A stretch of DNA of 64,000 bases from an uncultured Candidatus Binatia bacterium (GCA_965213675.1 OZ243916.1:256001-320000); one strand, 5' to 3'. Positions 1 to 10,732 are shown, counted from the stretch's first letter. A program made the numbers and translations. Notes: a model not told the origin generated them from the sequence alone.

Positions 1-956
1 ACGCCTCCGGCGAATTCCTGAAGAAGGCGGACGTGATACTCGCCCTGGACGTGCAGGACCTCTACGGCTCCCTCACCACGGTGGACCGCACCACCCGCGA
101 GATGGGCTACGTGATCCAGCCCGGCGCGCAGATCATTCACATCAACCTGAACGACATGCTGGTGCACAGTTGGGCCACCGACGTCCAGCCGCTTCAGCCG
201 GTGGACGTGCCCATCAGCGCGGACACGGCCGTGGCCCTGCCCGAGTTGACGCGCCTGTGCCGCGAACGGATGGGCTCGGACCGATCCGCGGTCGAGGCGC
301 GCGCCCGGGAAGTGAAGGCGGCGCACGACGCGTCCCGCGCCCGCTGGCAGGAGGAGGCGCGCCAGACGCTGACCCGCAACGAAATCTCCACGGCCTGCCT
401 GGCCTACGAGCTGGGCGAGGCGGTCAAGCGGGAGGACTGGGTGCTGGCCAACGGCAACGCCAACGGCTGGGCGCGGAAACTCTGGGACTGGAACAAACCG
501 GGCCAGTACCTGGGGCGCAGCGGCGGCGCCGGCGTGGGCTACGGCATGAGCGCGGCCATCGGCGTGGCCCTGGGCCACTTGAACACGGACAAGTTTTGCG
601 TGGACATCCAGTCCGACGGCGACCTGCTGATGACGGCCAGCGCCTTGTGGACGGCGGCGCATCACAAGATCCCGCTGCTCATCGTCATCCACAACAACCA
701 GTCCTTCTACAACTCGGAGGAGCACGGCATCAAGCTGGCGGAATTCCGCAACCGCCCGGTGGAGAACGCCGGCATCGGCACTCACGTCAGCGATCCCTAC
801 GTGGACTACGCCAAGATGGCCGAGTGCTACGGCGTGTGGGGCGAGGGCCCCATCCGCACGCCCGCGGAGTTGGGCCCCGCGCTGGAGCGGGCCTGCAAGG
901 TGGTGAAGGAGCAACGGCTTCCGGCCGTCCTGGATGTGGTTTCCGAGCCGCGTTGA
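1..956 (+). CDS. Thiamine pyrophosphate-dependent enzyme (acetolactate synthase/benzoylformate decarboxylase-like), C-terminal part, 5'-truncated by window
   Basis: TPP-binding motif variant SDGDLLM...IVIHNNQSFY preceded by GGAGVGYGMSAAIGVALG; typical C-terminus PAVLDVV. Confidence 0.85.
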   Translation, partial: ASGEFLKKADVILALDVQDLYGSLTTVDRTTREMGYVIQPGAQIIHINLNDMLVHSWATDVQPLQPVDVPISADTAVALPELTRLCRERMGSDRSAVEARAREVKAAHDASRARWQEEARQTLTRNEISTACLAYELGEAVKREDWVLANGNANGWARKLWDWNKPGQYLGRSGGAGVGYGMSAAIGVALGHLNTDKFCVDIQSDGDLLMTASALWTAAHHKIPLLIVIHNNQSFYNSEEHGIKLAEFRNRPVENAGIGTHVSDPYVDYAKMAECYGVWGEGPIRTPAELGPALERACKVVKEQRLPAVLDVVSEPR

Positions 957-1050
957 TCGGGTTGGGGTCGGGGGCTCACCGGACCGCGGGAGTTCCGGTG
1001 AGCCCCGGCGCGGCGGAGACGGTCGTCGAGTACAGACGCCGGAGGTAGTT

Positions 1051-1866
1051 ATGGACGAGAGCGCTCAGTACCAGGCTTTCGCCGAGGCGGTGTCCGGGCC
1101 CGACATGGACCTGGCTCGGGCGGCCTTGACCATGGCGCTGCCTGAATATCCCGGTCTCGACGTGCCTGAGCACATGAGCCGCCTGGACCGGTTGGCGGCG
1201 CGGGTGCGGGAGGCGGCCGGCACGGACGACAGCGCTTACCGCCGGCTGGCGTGCGTGGACTATGTGCTTTTCAAGCGGGAAGGTTTCAAGGGCAACGAGG
1301 ACGACTACTACGACCCCGAGAACAGCTTTCTGAACAGGGTCATGGCGCGCAAGCGCGGCATCCCCATTACCCTTGCCGTAGTCTATATGGAAGTCGCCCG
1401 GCGCGTCGGGCTGGAAGTCGACGGCGTGGGTTTCCCCGGACACTTTCTCGTGAAGGCGCGCTGCGACGGCCAGGATCTCCTGGTGGATCCCTTCCATGGC
1501 GGCGACATCCTTTCCCCTGCCGATCTTCAGAATCTTCTCGACAAACTCTACGGTGGCCGGCTGCAAGTCCAGCCGGGATACCTGTCGGCGGTGCCCGCCC
1601 GTCACATCGTCCAGCGCATGCTCAACAATCTCAAGCTCGTTTACGCCAATCGGCAGGACTTGAAGCGCTGCCTTCGCGCGGTGGAGCAACTGGTGATCCT
1701 CAACCCGGACGACGCCGAGCAGGTGCGCGACCGCGGCCTGCTGCGCCTGCGCCTGCGGGACGGCGACGGCGCGCTGACCGATCTGGAGCGCTTCCTGGAA
1801 TTGGCGCCGGACTCGGGCAGCGCGGCGACGGTCCGCGAACAGATCGAACGCATCCGCAAACACTGA
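1051..1866 (+). CDS. SirB1 family (transglutaminase-like + TPR) protein
   Basis: FKGNEDDYYDPENSFLNRV...RGIPITLAVVYMEVARRVG...GVGFPGHFLVK, RDRGLL TPR; RBS GGAGG before ATG 1051. Confidence 0.9.
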   Translation: MDESAQYQAFAEAVSGPDMDLARAALTMALPEYPGLDVPEHMSRLDRLAARVREAAGTDDSAYRRLACVDYVLFKREGFKGNEDDYYDPENSFLNRVMARKRGIPITLAVVYMEVARRVGLEVDGVGFPGHFLVKARCDGQDLLVDPFHGGDILSPADLQNLLDKLYGGRLQVQPGYLSAVPARHIVQRMLNNLKLVYANRQDLKRCLRAVEQLVILNPDDAEQVRDRGLLRLRLRDGDGALTDLERFLELAPDSGSAATVREQIERIRKH

Positions 1867-2054
1867 CGTCGGATTCTGGTTGACGGCGCATGCGCCGCGA
1901 TCCGTGGCTCCCCTGACTTGAACAGATTGATAACAAACAAAGATTAAAGTTATACACATGGTGTGCGCGGCACCCGGTGGAACTTCGTGAACCATCAATG
2001 AACTAAATCGCTGGAGCGCGCGTGACGATCTCCGGCGGAAGAAGGTAAACGACC

Positions 2055-5000
2055 ATGGCCGTCATCATCACGATTCTGCGCCGAGCCTGGGCGAATCATT
2101 CCCTGTTCGGATCGGTTATACGTGCAGCCTTTCCGTTCCTGTTCCTGTGCATCCTCACCGGGATGGCGTCCGAGGCCGCTGGACAAACCCGCACCATCGG
2201 CTTTGCGGCCACCGCATTGACGATATCGGAGACGACGTCCGGAGGCGCCGGTAATCTGACCGTCGAGCTTTCTTCGGGTACGGGCCCGGTCACCGGCCGG
2301 GTCTGCCTGGAGGACGGCACCGCAACCCTGGCGGGCGCCGACTTTTCGGGGTGGCCGGGCAGCGACCAAAGGTGTACGGACCTCACCCTGTCCGCGTCGC
2401 AGTCGAGCGCAACCGTCCAGGTGAGCCTGCCGGCCGACACTACGGACGAGCCGCCGGAGACCTTCACGGCGAGGCTGTCGCTCCCGACGACGGTTCCGGG
2501 CATCGATGTGGATTCGGCCAGGGAAACGGCGACGATCACCATCGACGACGATGATCCCACGGTGGTGACCTTGGCCCGCCACGCCAGCTCACAGGTCAGT
2601 GGAGGGGCCATTGCGGAGGGCAAGGGCGCGGCGTGGTTCGATGTTACCCTGGGCCGCGCTCTGACAGCCGGCGAGCGTATCGACGTACCGCTTGTCATCA
2701 GCGGCGCGGGCATCACAACCAGTGACTATTCTCTTGGGAGGCCACGCCCTCTCAGGAATGTCCCGGGTCTGAATACGCTGACTCCGGTCGTTCCATTCAC
2801 AGGCGCCGGCGCCAGGACCGCCCGGTTCACGTCTCTCCAAGCGAGGGCGGACGGCATCGCCGAAGGCGGCAGCGAGACCATGACCGTGGCGCTCGCCGCC
2901 AACTCGCGATTCGACGACGCCAGCCTCGGAACGAATGTCGGAGGCGGCGCCGTTCCACACCCCACGACGAACCGCTTCAGCGTGGCCATTCTGGACGTGG
3001 TGTCCACCATCAGTGTCACCGGCGGGCCTGCCATCACCGAGGGCGGTACCGCGGAGTTCACGTTTACGGCGAATCCGGCGCCCAGGGCGGCTCTGGAAGT
3101 GCTTTTTCTTGTCTACACCTCTGGCGATCAAGAGTGGTTGAGTTCCGCGGCTCCGACAAGGGTCATCTTTCCGGCCGGCAAGACCACGGCAATTCTTGCC
3201 GTGCCCACCCTTGATACGGCTGTCGAGGACGGACACGGCTCCCTGAACTTGTTTATGCGGGATCCAGGGGGATGGGCGCCTTACCGTCTCTCTCGCGGCA
3301 GAAGTGATGACACGGTGTCGGTCAGGGACGATGAAACGCCGCCGGTCGTGGGCATCACGGCGGGGCCCGCGGTGAGCGAGGGGACCGCGGCTACGTTCAC
3401 GGTGGCGGCGGATTACCCCCCCAAAGAGGATGTCGTGGTGAATCTGATGGTTGTGCAGAGCAGCGTCCTCGACGCCGGAGAAGCGGGTGACACGACGCTG
3501 ACCATCGCGGCGGGCGCGACTTCCGCCACCTTGTCGGTGGCCACCGAAGACGACACCGCGTTGGAAACCGAAAGGTCCGTGACCGTGAGGCTCAAGCCGG
3601 GCACCGGCTACACGGTGTCGCCTACACGTGGATCGGCGGCGGTTTCCGTCGATGATGATGAGGTGCCTCCGCCGACGCCGGTGGTGAGGATCAGCGGAGG
3701 CTCGGGGGTGAGCGAGGGAGGCGATGCGACATTCACGTTGACGGCGACCCCGACACCGGCCGCGGCGTTGTCCGTACCGGTAACAGTGAGTCAGACGGGG
3801 ACATATGCGGCGTCGGGGCAGTTGGGGACACGGACGGTGACGGTGGGGACTGGGGGGAGCGCGAGTTTCACGGTGGGGACGGAGAACGACGCGGAGGATG
3901 AGAACAACGGAGGGATCACGGCGACGGTGAACGATGGGACGGGGTACAACGTGGCGTTGCCACCCGGGAACACGGCGACGGTGGCGGTGCGGGACGACGA
4001 CGAGGCGCCGACGCCGGTGGTGAGGATCAGCGGAGGCTCGGGGGTGAGCGAGGGAGGCGATGCGACATTCACGTTGACGGCGACGCCGGCGCCTGCCGCG
4101 GCGTTGTCCGTGCCGGTAACGGTGAGTCAGACAGGTTCTTATGCGGCGTCGGGGCAGTTGGGGACACGGACGGTGACGGTGGGGACTGGGGGGAGCGCGA
4201 GTTTCACGGTGGGGACGGAGAACGACGCGGAGGATGAGAACAACGGAGGGATCACGGCGACGGTGAACGATGGGACGGGGTACGACGTGGCGTCGCCACC
4301 GGGGAACACGGCGACGGTGGCGGTGAATGACGACGACGAGGCGCCAACGCCGGTGGTGAGGATCAGCGGAGGCGCCGGGGTGAGCGAGGGAGGCAACGCG
4401 ACATTCACGTTGACGGCGACGCCGGCGCCTGCCGCGGCGTTGTCGGTGCGGGTAGCAGTGAGCCAGACGGGGACTTATGCGGCGTCGGGGCAGTTGGGGA
4501 CGCGGACGGTGACAGTGGGGACTGGGGGGAGCGCGAGTTTCACGGTGGGTACGGAGAACGACGCGGAGGATGAGAACAACGGAGGGATCACGGCGACGGT
4601 GAACGATGGGACGGGGTACGACGTGGCGTCGCCACCGGGGAACACGGCGACGGTGGCGGTGAATGACGACGACGAGGCGCCGACGCCGGTGGTGAGGATC
4701 AGCGGAGGCTCGGGGGTGAGCGAGGGAGGCGATGCGACATTCACGTTGACGGCGACGCCGGCGCCGACCGCGGCGTTGTCCGTACCGGTAACAGTGAGCC
4801 AGACGGGGACTTATGCGGCGTCGGGGGAGTTGGGGACACGGACGGTGACGGTGGGGACAGGGGGGAGCGCGAGTTTCACGGTGGGTACGGAGAACGACGC
4901 GGTGGATGAGAACAACGGTGGAGTCACGGCGACGGTGAACGATGGGACGGGGTACGACGTGGCGTCGCCACCGGGGAACACGGCGACGGTGGCGGTGAAT

Positions 5001-8000
5001 GACGACGACGAGGCGCCGACGCCGGTGGTGAGGATCAGCGGAGGCTCAGGGGTGAGCGAGGGAGGCAACGCGACATTCACATTGACGGTGTCACCGTCGC
5101 CTGCCGCGGCGTTGTCGGTGCGGGTAACGGTGAGTCAGACGGGTTCCTATGCGGCGTCGGGGGAGTTGGGGGCACGGACGGTGACGGTGGGGACTGGGGG
5201 GAGCGCGAGTTTCACGGTGGGTACGGAGAACGACGCGGTGGATGAGAACAACGGTGGAGTCACGGCGACGGTGAACGACGGGACCGGTTACGACGTGGCG
5301 TCGCCACCCGGGAACACGGCGACGGTGGCGGTGAATGATGATGACGAGGCGCCGGCGTCGGCGCCGGTGGTGAGGGTCAGCGGGGGCTCAGGGGTGAGCG
5401 AGGGAGGCGACGCGACATTCACGTTGACGGCGTCACCGGCTCCTGCCGCGGCGTTGTCGGTGCGGGTAACAGTGAGTCAGACGGGTTCCTATGCGGCGTC
5501 GGGGGAGTTGGGGGCACGGACGGTGACGGTGGGGACTGGGGGGAGCGCGAGTTTCACGGTGGGTACGGAGAACGACGCGGTGGATGAGAACAACGGTGGA
5601 GTCACGGCGACGGTGAACGATGGGACGGGATACGACGTGGCGTCGCCACCGGCCAACGCGGCGACGGTGGCGGTGAATGACGATGATGAGGCGCCGGCGT
5701 CGGCGCCGGTGGTGAGCATCAGCGGGGGTGCAGGGGTGAGCGAAGGGGGCGACGCGACATTCACGTTGACGGCGTCTCCGGCTCCGGCTACGGCGTTGTC
5801 CGTACCGGTAACAGTGAGCCAGACGGGGACCTATGCGGCGTCGGGGCAGTTGGGGGCACGGACGGTGACGGTGGGGACCGGGGGGAGCGCGAGTTTCACG
5901 GTGGGTACGGAGAACGACGCGGTGGATGAGAACAACGGAGGGATCACGGCGACGGTGAACGATGGGACGGGGTACGCAGTGGCGTCGCCACCGGGGAACA
6001 CGGCGACGGTGGCGGTGAATGACGATGACGAGGCGCCGGCGCCGGTGGTGAGCATCAGCGGGGGCGCCGGGGTGAGCGAAGGGAGCAACGCGACGTTCAC
6101 GTTGACGGCGTCTCCGGCACCGGCTACGGCGTTGTCGGTGCCGGTAGCAGTGAGCCAGACGGGGACTTATGCGGCGTCGGGGGCGTTGGGGACACGGACG
6201 GTGACGGTGGGGACCGGGGGGAGCGCGAGTTTCACGGTGGGGACGGAGAACGACGCGGAGGATGAGAACAACGGAGGGATCACGGCGACGGTGAATGATG
6301 GGACGGGGTACGACGTGGCGTCGCCACCGGGGAACACGGCGACGGTGGCGGTGAATGACGACGACGAGGCGCCAACGCCGGTGGTGAGGATCAGCGGAGG
6401 CGCCGGGGTGAGCGAGGGAGGCAACGCGACATTCACGTTGACGGCGTCTCCGGCTCCTGCCGCGGCGTTGTCGGTGCGGGTAGCAGTGAGCCAGACGGGG
6501 ACTTATGCGGCGTCAGGGGCGTTGGGGACACGGACGGTGACAGTGGGGACAGGGGGACGGGCGAGTTTCACGGTGGGTACGGAGAACGACGCGGTGGATG
6601 AGAACAACGGAGGGATCACGGCGACGGTCAACGACGGGACTGGCTACGATGTGGCATCGCCACCAGCCAACACCGCGACCGTGGCGGTGAGCGACGATGA
6701 CGAGCCAACGCCGGTGGTGAGCATCAGCGGGGGCTCCGGGGTGAGCGAAGGGAGCAACGCGACGTTCACGTTGACGGCGTCTCCGGCTCCGGCCACGGCG
6801 TTGTCGGTGCGGGTAACGGTGAGTCAGACAGGTTCTTATGCGGCGCCAGGGGAGTTGGGGAGGCGGACGGTGACGGTGGGGACAGGGGGTCGGGCGAGTT
6901 TCACAGTGGGAACGGAGAACGACGCTGTGAATGAGAACAACGGGGCAATCACGGCGACGGTCAACGACGGGACGGGCTACGACGTGGCGCCCCCGCCGGG
7001 AAACGCGGCGGACGTGGCGGCAAACGACGATGACAGCCCTGCGGCAGCGCCGGAGGTAACGTTGTCGGCGGGGCCGAATCCGGTGGATGAAGGGGGCTCG
7101 GTGGTAGTGACGGCGACGCTGAGCCGGGCGTTGTCGAGCGCGGTTACGATCCCGTTGGTGATGACGGCGGGGACGGCGGAGTCCGGGGACTATGGGAGTC
7201 TGGCGTCGATCACGGTGGCGGCGGGAGCGACGAGGGGGACGGGGACGGTGACGACGATGCAGGATGTGGACACGGCTGACGAGACGTTCACGGTGGCGCT
7301 GGGGCGGTTGCCCGCGGGCGTGGAGTCCGGGACGCCATCGTCGGTGGAAGTGCGGATCACGGACGATGACGAAGAGGCGCCGGAGGTAACGTTGTCGGCG
7401 GGGCCGAATCCGGTGGAAGAGGGGGGCTCGGTGGTAGTGACGGCGACGCTGAGCCGGGCGTTGTCGAGCGCGGTGACGATCCCGTTGATGATGACGGCGG
7501 GGACGGCGGAGTCCGGGGACTACGGGAGTCTGGCGTCGATCACGGTGGCGGCGGGAGCGACGAGGGGGACGGGGACGGTGACGACGATGCAGGATGCGGA
7601 CACGGCTGACGAGACGTTCACGGTGGCGCTGGGGCGGTTGCCCGCGGGCATGGAGGCGGGCACGCCATCGTCGGTGGAAGTGCGGATCACGGACGACGAC
7701 ACCCCGCCGGCGCAGACTCACGTGACGTTGTCGGCGGCGCCGCGCCAGGTCGGCGAGGGCGGGTCGGTGAGTTACACGGTGGTGTTGCCGGCGCGGCCTT
7801 CCGCTGTGGTGACGGTGATGCCTTCGAGCACGGACGAGGAGGCGGTCGTGGTGCGCCCATCGTCGTTGCGCTTTACACCGGATGACTGGAACCTGCCGCA
7901 ACCCGTGATTGTGACCGGGGTGGTGGACGCCGACGCCGAAGACGAGACCGTGGAGATCTCACACGCCGTGCACAGCACGGACCCGCGCTACCGGGGAGTG

Positions 8001-9749
8001 CAGGGCGGTACCGTGGTGTTGACGGTCTCCGACACCACTGGACCGGAGTTCGTAAACGCGCGCTTTGCGTTTACGTTGGCGGAGCACTTGGTGGGTCCGG
8101 CGCCGGTGCGCGACGCCGGGGGCCGCCCCGGGGCGGTGCGGGCAATGGGTTCGGGGCTGACCTATACGCTGGCGGCCGGGGGCGCCGGGCTTTTTCGGGT
8201 GGATGAGGACACGGGCGTGGTGAGCTATGTCGGGCCGGGAGAGTTGACGGGTCGTTTCGTGTTGACGGTGCGGGCAACCGATGCGCGGGGACGCACGGCC
8301 GAGACGCAGGCGAGCGTCGACGTGATCGCTCCGGCGGTGGTCCAACGATTGAACCGGGTGCATCGGAGTGTGCTCCCGGAGGCGGCCCGAGCGGCGTCCG
8401 GGAGCGTGTTTGCGGCCGTGAGCGGGCGCGTCGAGGCGGCGGCGCGGGCCGGGTCGCCGCGACTGTGGCTTGCCGGTCACGAGGTGCGCGCGGCTAGGGG
8501 TGAACCCGTGGAGGGCGCGTGCGTGGAGCGCGAGAGCCTTCCGGGAACGGTCGCGGAAGCGGCCGGGCCGGTATGCCGGGGGGTGGCGTTGACGTTGGCC
8601 CGGGCGGCGGCGGACAGCGGGTTCGTGCTGCCGCTTGCGCGGGCCGGTGCGACTCCGGGCCGTGGCCTTTCGCCGGTGTTGTGGGGCATGGGGGACTGGC
8701 GCTCGCTTGAAGGCGGCGCTGGACCTGGCTGGGATGGCGAGGTTATGAGCTTCCATCTTGGGGCGGATACGCGCCTGGGCGAGAGCTTGGTGGCGGGGGT
8801 GGCGTTGTCCCACGCGCTTGGAGAATTCGATTGGAACGATCGCGGCGTGGCGGGGACCTACGAGAGCCGCATGACCAGCGCGATGCCCTATGTGGGTTGG
8901 ACGGGGCCCACGGGTTGGACGGCGTGGGCGGCGGCGGGTGTGGGCCGGGGAGAGGTGGCGCTCGAAGACGCGGCCGCGGCCCGGCGTGTGAGTGACGCGG
9001 TTTCGTGGAGCGCGGGCGGCGGGGCCCGGGGCGGTATTTGGGCCCGGGGCGGGACGTCCCTGGACGTCAAGGGGGAAGCCTGGGTTGCGCGCTGGGACGC
9101 GGACGGTTCGGGTCCGCTGAAGCCGTGGGAGCCGGTGGTGCGGCGCGTGCGACTGGCGCTGGAGGGAGGGCGTTCGTGGCTGCTGGCATCCGGGGCGGTG
9201 GTGGAGCCGTCGCTGGAGTTGGGGGTGCGTCACGACGGTGGCGACGGCGAGACCGGCACCGGGGTGGAATTGGGCGGGCGCGTGAACTGGAGCGACCCGG
9301 CGCTGGGCCTGACGCTTCAGGGACATGGGCGCGCGCTGGTGGGTCGCGGGGGTTATCGGGAGTGGGGCGCCGGAGGGGTGGCGCGGTTCGACCCCGGGAC
9401 CGACGGGCGCGGTCCGTCGCTGGCGGTGACGCCGTCCTGGGGCACGGCCTCCAGCGGCATGGAGCGGCTTTGGGATGACGGTGCGTCACGGCTGGCGGTG
9501 GCGAAGAAAGGCCGCGGTCGTCTCACCGCGGCTCTGGGTTATGGGTACGCGGCGCCTTGGGGTCCAGGCACGGTGACCCCGAATGCCGGGTTGTCGTTGG
9601 GCGCCGCGCAGGCGCGAAAGTGGCACGCGGGGGTGCGCTTGAACGCCGGCTCGGAGCTGGATGCGAATCTCGAAATGATGTGGCGTGAGCGCGCTGGAAA
9701 CGAAACGCCCGAGCGCGGCGTCGCGTTCGATGTGCGCCTGAGCTTCTGA
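2055..9749 (+). CDS. Giant autotransporter adhesin with Calx-beta/Ig-like repeats, cadherin-like domain and C-terminal beta-barrel
   Basis: Signal-like N-terminus; repeated V(T/A)V-x-DDD Calx-beta motifs; C-terminal WGMGDW...LELGVRHDGGDGETGTGVELGG...VRLSF ending in terminal Phe typical of autotransporter barrels. Confidence 0.85.
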   Translation: MAVIITILRRAWANHSLFGSVIRAAFPFLFLCILTGMASEAAGQTRTIGFAATALTISETTSGGAGNLTVELSSGTGPVTGRVCLEDGTATLAGADFSGWPGSDQRCTDLTLSASQSSATVQVSLPADTTDEPPETFTARLSLPTTVPGIDVDSARETATITIDDDDPTVVTLARHASSQVSGGAIAEGKGAAWFDVTLGRALTAGERIDVPLVISGAGITTSDYSLGRPRPLRNVPGLNTLTPVVPFTGAGARTARFTSLQARADGIAEGGSETMTVALAANSRFDDASLGTNVGGGAVPHPTTNRFSVAILDVVSTISVTGGPAITEGGTAEFTFTANPAPRAALEVLFLVYTSGDQEWLSSAAPTRVIFPAGKTTAILAVPTLDTAVEDGHGSLNLFMRDPGGWAPYRLSRGRSDDTVSVRDDETPPVVGITAGPAVSEGTAATFTVAADYPPKEDVVVNLMVVQSSVLDAGEAGDTTLTIAAGATSATLSVATEDDTALETERSVTVRLKPGTGYTVSPTRGSAAVSVDDDEVPPPTPVVRISGGSGVSEGGDATFTLTATPTPAAALSVPVTVSQTGTYAASGQLGTRTVTVGTGGSASFTVGTENDAEDENNGGITATVNDGTGYNVALPPGNTATVAVRDDDEAPTPVVRISGGSGVSEGGDATFTLTATPAPAAALSVPVTVSQTGSYAASGQLGTRTVTVGTGGSASFTVGTENDAEDENNGGITATVNDGTGYDVASPPGNTATVAVNDDDEAPTPVVRISGGAGVSEGGNATFTLTATPAPAAALSVRVAVSQTGTYAASGQLGTRTVTVGTGGSASFTVGTENDAEDENNGGITATVNDGTGYDVASPPGNTATVAVNDDDEAPTPVVRISGGSGVSEGGDATFTLTATPAPTAALSVPVTVSQTGTYAASGELGTRTVTVGTGGSASFTVGTENDAVDENNGGVTATVNDGTGYDVASPPGNTATVAVNDDDEAPTPVVRISGGSGVSEGGNATFTLTVSPSPAAALSVRVTVSQTGSYAASGELGARTVTVGTGGSASFTVGTENDAVDENNGGVTATVNDGTGYDVASPPGNTATVAVNDDDEAPASAPVVRVSGGSGVSEGGDATFTLTASPAPAAALSVRVTVSQTGSYAASGELGARTVTVGTGGSASFTVGTENDAVDENNGGVTATVNDGTGYDVASPPANAATVAVNDDDEAPASAPVVSISGGAGVSEGGDATFTLTASPAPATALSVPVTVSQTGTYAASGQLGARTVTVGTGGSASFTVGTENDAVDENNGGITATVNDGTGYAVASPPGNTATVAVNDDDEAPAPVVSISGGAGVSEGSNATFTLTASPAPATALSVPVAVSQTGTYAASGALGTRTVTVGTGGSASFTVGTENDAEDENNGGITATVNDGTGYDVASPPGNTATVAVNDDDEAPTPVVRISGGAGVSEGGNATFTLTASPAPAAALSVRVAVSQTGTYAASGALGTRTVTVGTGGRASFTVGTENDAVDENNGGITATVNDGTGYDVASPPANTATVAVSDDDEPTPVVSISGGSGVSEGSNATFTLTASPAPATALSVRVTVSQTGSYAAPGELGRRTVTVGTGGRASFTVGTENDAVNENNGAITATVNDGTGYDVAPPPGNAADVAANDDDSPAAAPEVTLSAGPNPVDEGGSVVVTATLSRALSSAVTIPLVMTAGTAESGDYGSLASITVAAGATRGTGTVTTMQDVDTADETFTVALGRLPAGVESGTPSSVEVRITDDDEEAPEVTLSAGPNPVEEGGSVVVTATLSRALSSAVTIPLMMTAGTAESGDYGSLASITVAAGATRGTGTVTTMQDADTADETFTVALGRLPAGMEAGTPSSVEVRITDDDTPPAQTHVTLSAAPRQVGEGGSVSYTVVLPARPSAVVTVMPSSTDEEAVVVRPSSLRFTPDDWNLPQPVIVTGVVDADAEDETVEISHAVHSTDPRYRGVQGGTVVLTVSDTTGPEFVNARFAFTLAEHLVGPAPVRDAGGRPGAVRAMGSGLTYTLAAGGAGLFRVDEDTGVVSYVGPGELTGRFVLTVRATDARGRTAETQASVDVIAPAVVQRLNRVHRSVLPEAARAASGSVFAAVSGRVEAAARAGSPRLWLAGHEVRAARGEPVEGACVERESLPGTVAEAAGPVCRGVALTLARAAADSGFVLPLARAGATPGRGLSPVLWGMGDWRSLEGGAGPGWDGEVMSFHLGADTRLGESLVAGVALSHALGEFDWNDRGVAGTYESRMTSAMPYVGWTGPTGWTAWAAAGVGRGEVALEDAAAARRVSDAVSWSAGGGARGGIWARGGTSLDVKGEAWVARWDADGSGPLKPWEPVVRRVRLALEGGRSWLLASGAVVEPSLELGVRHDGGDGETGTGVELGGRVNWSDPALGLTLQGHGRALVGRGGYREWGAGGVARFDPGTDGRGPSLAVTPSWGTASSGMERLWDDGASRLAVAKKGRGRLTAALGYGYAAPWGPGTVTPNAGLSLGAAQARKWHAGVRLNAGSELDANLEMMWRERAGNETPERGVAFDVRLSF
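3672..7035 (+). repeat. 10 tandem ~336-342 bp intragenic repeats (PVV(R/S)ISGG...V(N/R/S)DDDE)
   Basis: Near-identical units starting at about 3672, 4008, 4344, 4680, 5016, 5358, 5700, 6036, 6372, 6705. Confidence 0.95.
7047..7700 (+). repeat. 2 tandem 330 bp Calx-beta-like repeats (APEVTLSAGPNPV...EVRITDDD)
   Basis: Units start at 7047 and 7377 and are nearly identical in DNA. Confidence 0.95.
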
Positions 9750-9766
9750 GCGGGATCCGGGAGGCA

Positions 9767-10732
9767 GTGATGATTGGGAAACTCTTGGTCGTTGTGGCAG
9801 CGCTTGTGACGCTCTCCGCATGTGGAGGGAGCGACGACGCGCCGGTGAACCCGCCCGTGGTCCAGCCGCCGGTGTCCGCGCCTGTCCCCGCCGCCGTGGT
9901 GGCCACGCACCTGGAGATGACCGACCAGGTGTTCGCGATCCGCGACCCGGATCGAGTGGTCGCCCAGGACCGGGAATCCGCGGGCGCGCCGTCATACACC
10001 CGTACCCGGCGCGACGAGATCGTGTGCGGGGGCGGCGTCTCGTGCGTTTTCCCGGCCGGCGCCGGCGGCGGGCGGAATATCCTGGACGGCGTGTCTCACC
10101 CTCGGAGTGAGGCACGGGACGCCTCCATCGGATTCCATCAGCGCGTCCTGGCTTCGGCGACACCCGTCGGGCGGGTCGGCGGCGTCCGGGCCTTCCGGGT
10201 CGACGTCCAGGGGCCGTTGGCCGAGGTCTACGGCGGCTGGGGCGACTCGAGCGCCTGGTACGCGGTGTGGGAACGCGACGACCGCAACGCGGTGGACCTC
10301 ACTTGGAGCGCCGCCTTTGGGGACCTTGCCGGCGCGCGCCCGACGGCGTTGCAGGGCTCGGCCGTGTGGCGCGGCGGGATGGTCGGGCGCACCCGCGATG
10401 GCGCTGTCGAATTGGAAGGCGGCTCGCAGCTCGTCTACAACTTCGCCGACAACACGGTGGACCTGACGCTGGACGACATCACCACCTCGAACCGGGCGGA
10501 GGACCAGGGTCGGGTCTATGGGGGCGACGCCTTGTTTGTATGGTTGGATCTGCCGGTTGCGCCCGACGGCACGTTCGGCGCACCGGAGGGCGGCAACGAT
10601 CGTCCCGGCACCGACCTTCATCCCGTCCTGGGTCAGGTAGAGGGGGGATTCTACGGGCCTCAGGCTACAGAGGCCGCCGGCGTGTTCGATCGCGACGATG
10701 TCGCCGGCGCCTTCGGCGCTCGCCGCGAGTAG
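9767..10732 (+). CDS. Surface lipoprotein with TbpB-like (transferrin-binding-protein-like) C-terminal beta-barrel
   Basis: Lipobox LSAC-GGS, Pro-rich linker, GSAVWRGGMVG and G-F-YGPQATEAAGVF...AGAFGARR, the signature C-terminus of TbpB_B_D-type barrels. Confidence 0.75.
   Translation: MMIGKLLVVVAALVTLSACGGSDDAPVNPPVVQPPVSAPVPAAVVATHLEMTDQVFAIRDPDRVVAQDRESAGAPSYTRTRRDEIVCGGGVSCVFPAGAGGGRNILDGVSHPRSEARDASIGFHQRVLASATPVGRVGGVRAFRVDVQGPLAEVYGGWGDSSAWYAVWERDDRNAVDLTWSAAFGDLAGARPTALQGSAVWRGGMVGRTRDGAVELEGGSQLVYNFADNTVDLTLDDITTSNRAEDQGRVYGGDALFVWLDLPVAPDGTFGAPEGGNDRPGTDLHPVLGQVEGGFYGPQATEAAGVFDRDDVAGAFGARRE

Noticed and set aside
1927-1940. FNR/CRP-like box TTGAT-N4-AACAA upstream of the autotransporter
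   Set aside because: One mismatch in an AT-rich patch; could be chance and no cognate regulator is in view
3791-6436. Series of 89-93 aa minus-strand ORFs
   Set aside because: Antisense shadows of the autotransporter repeats
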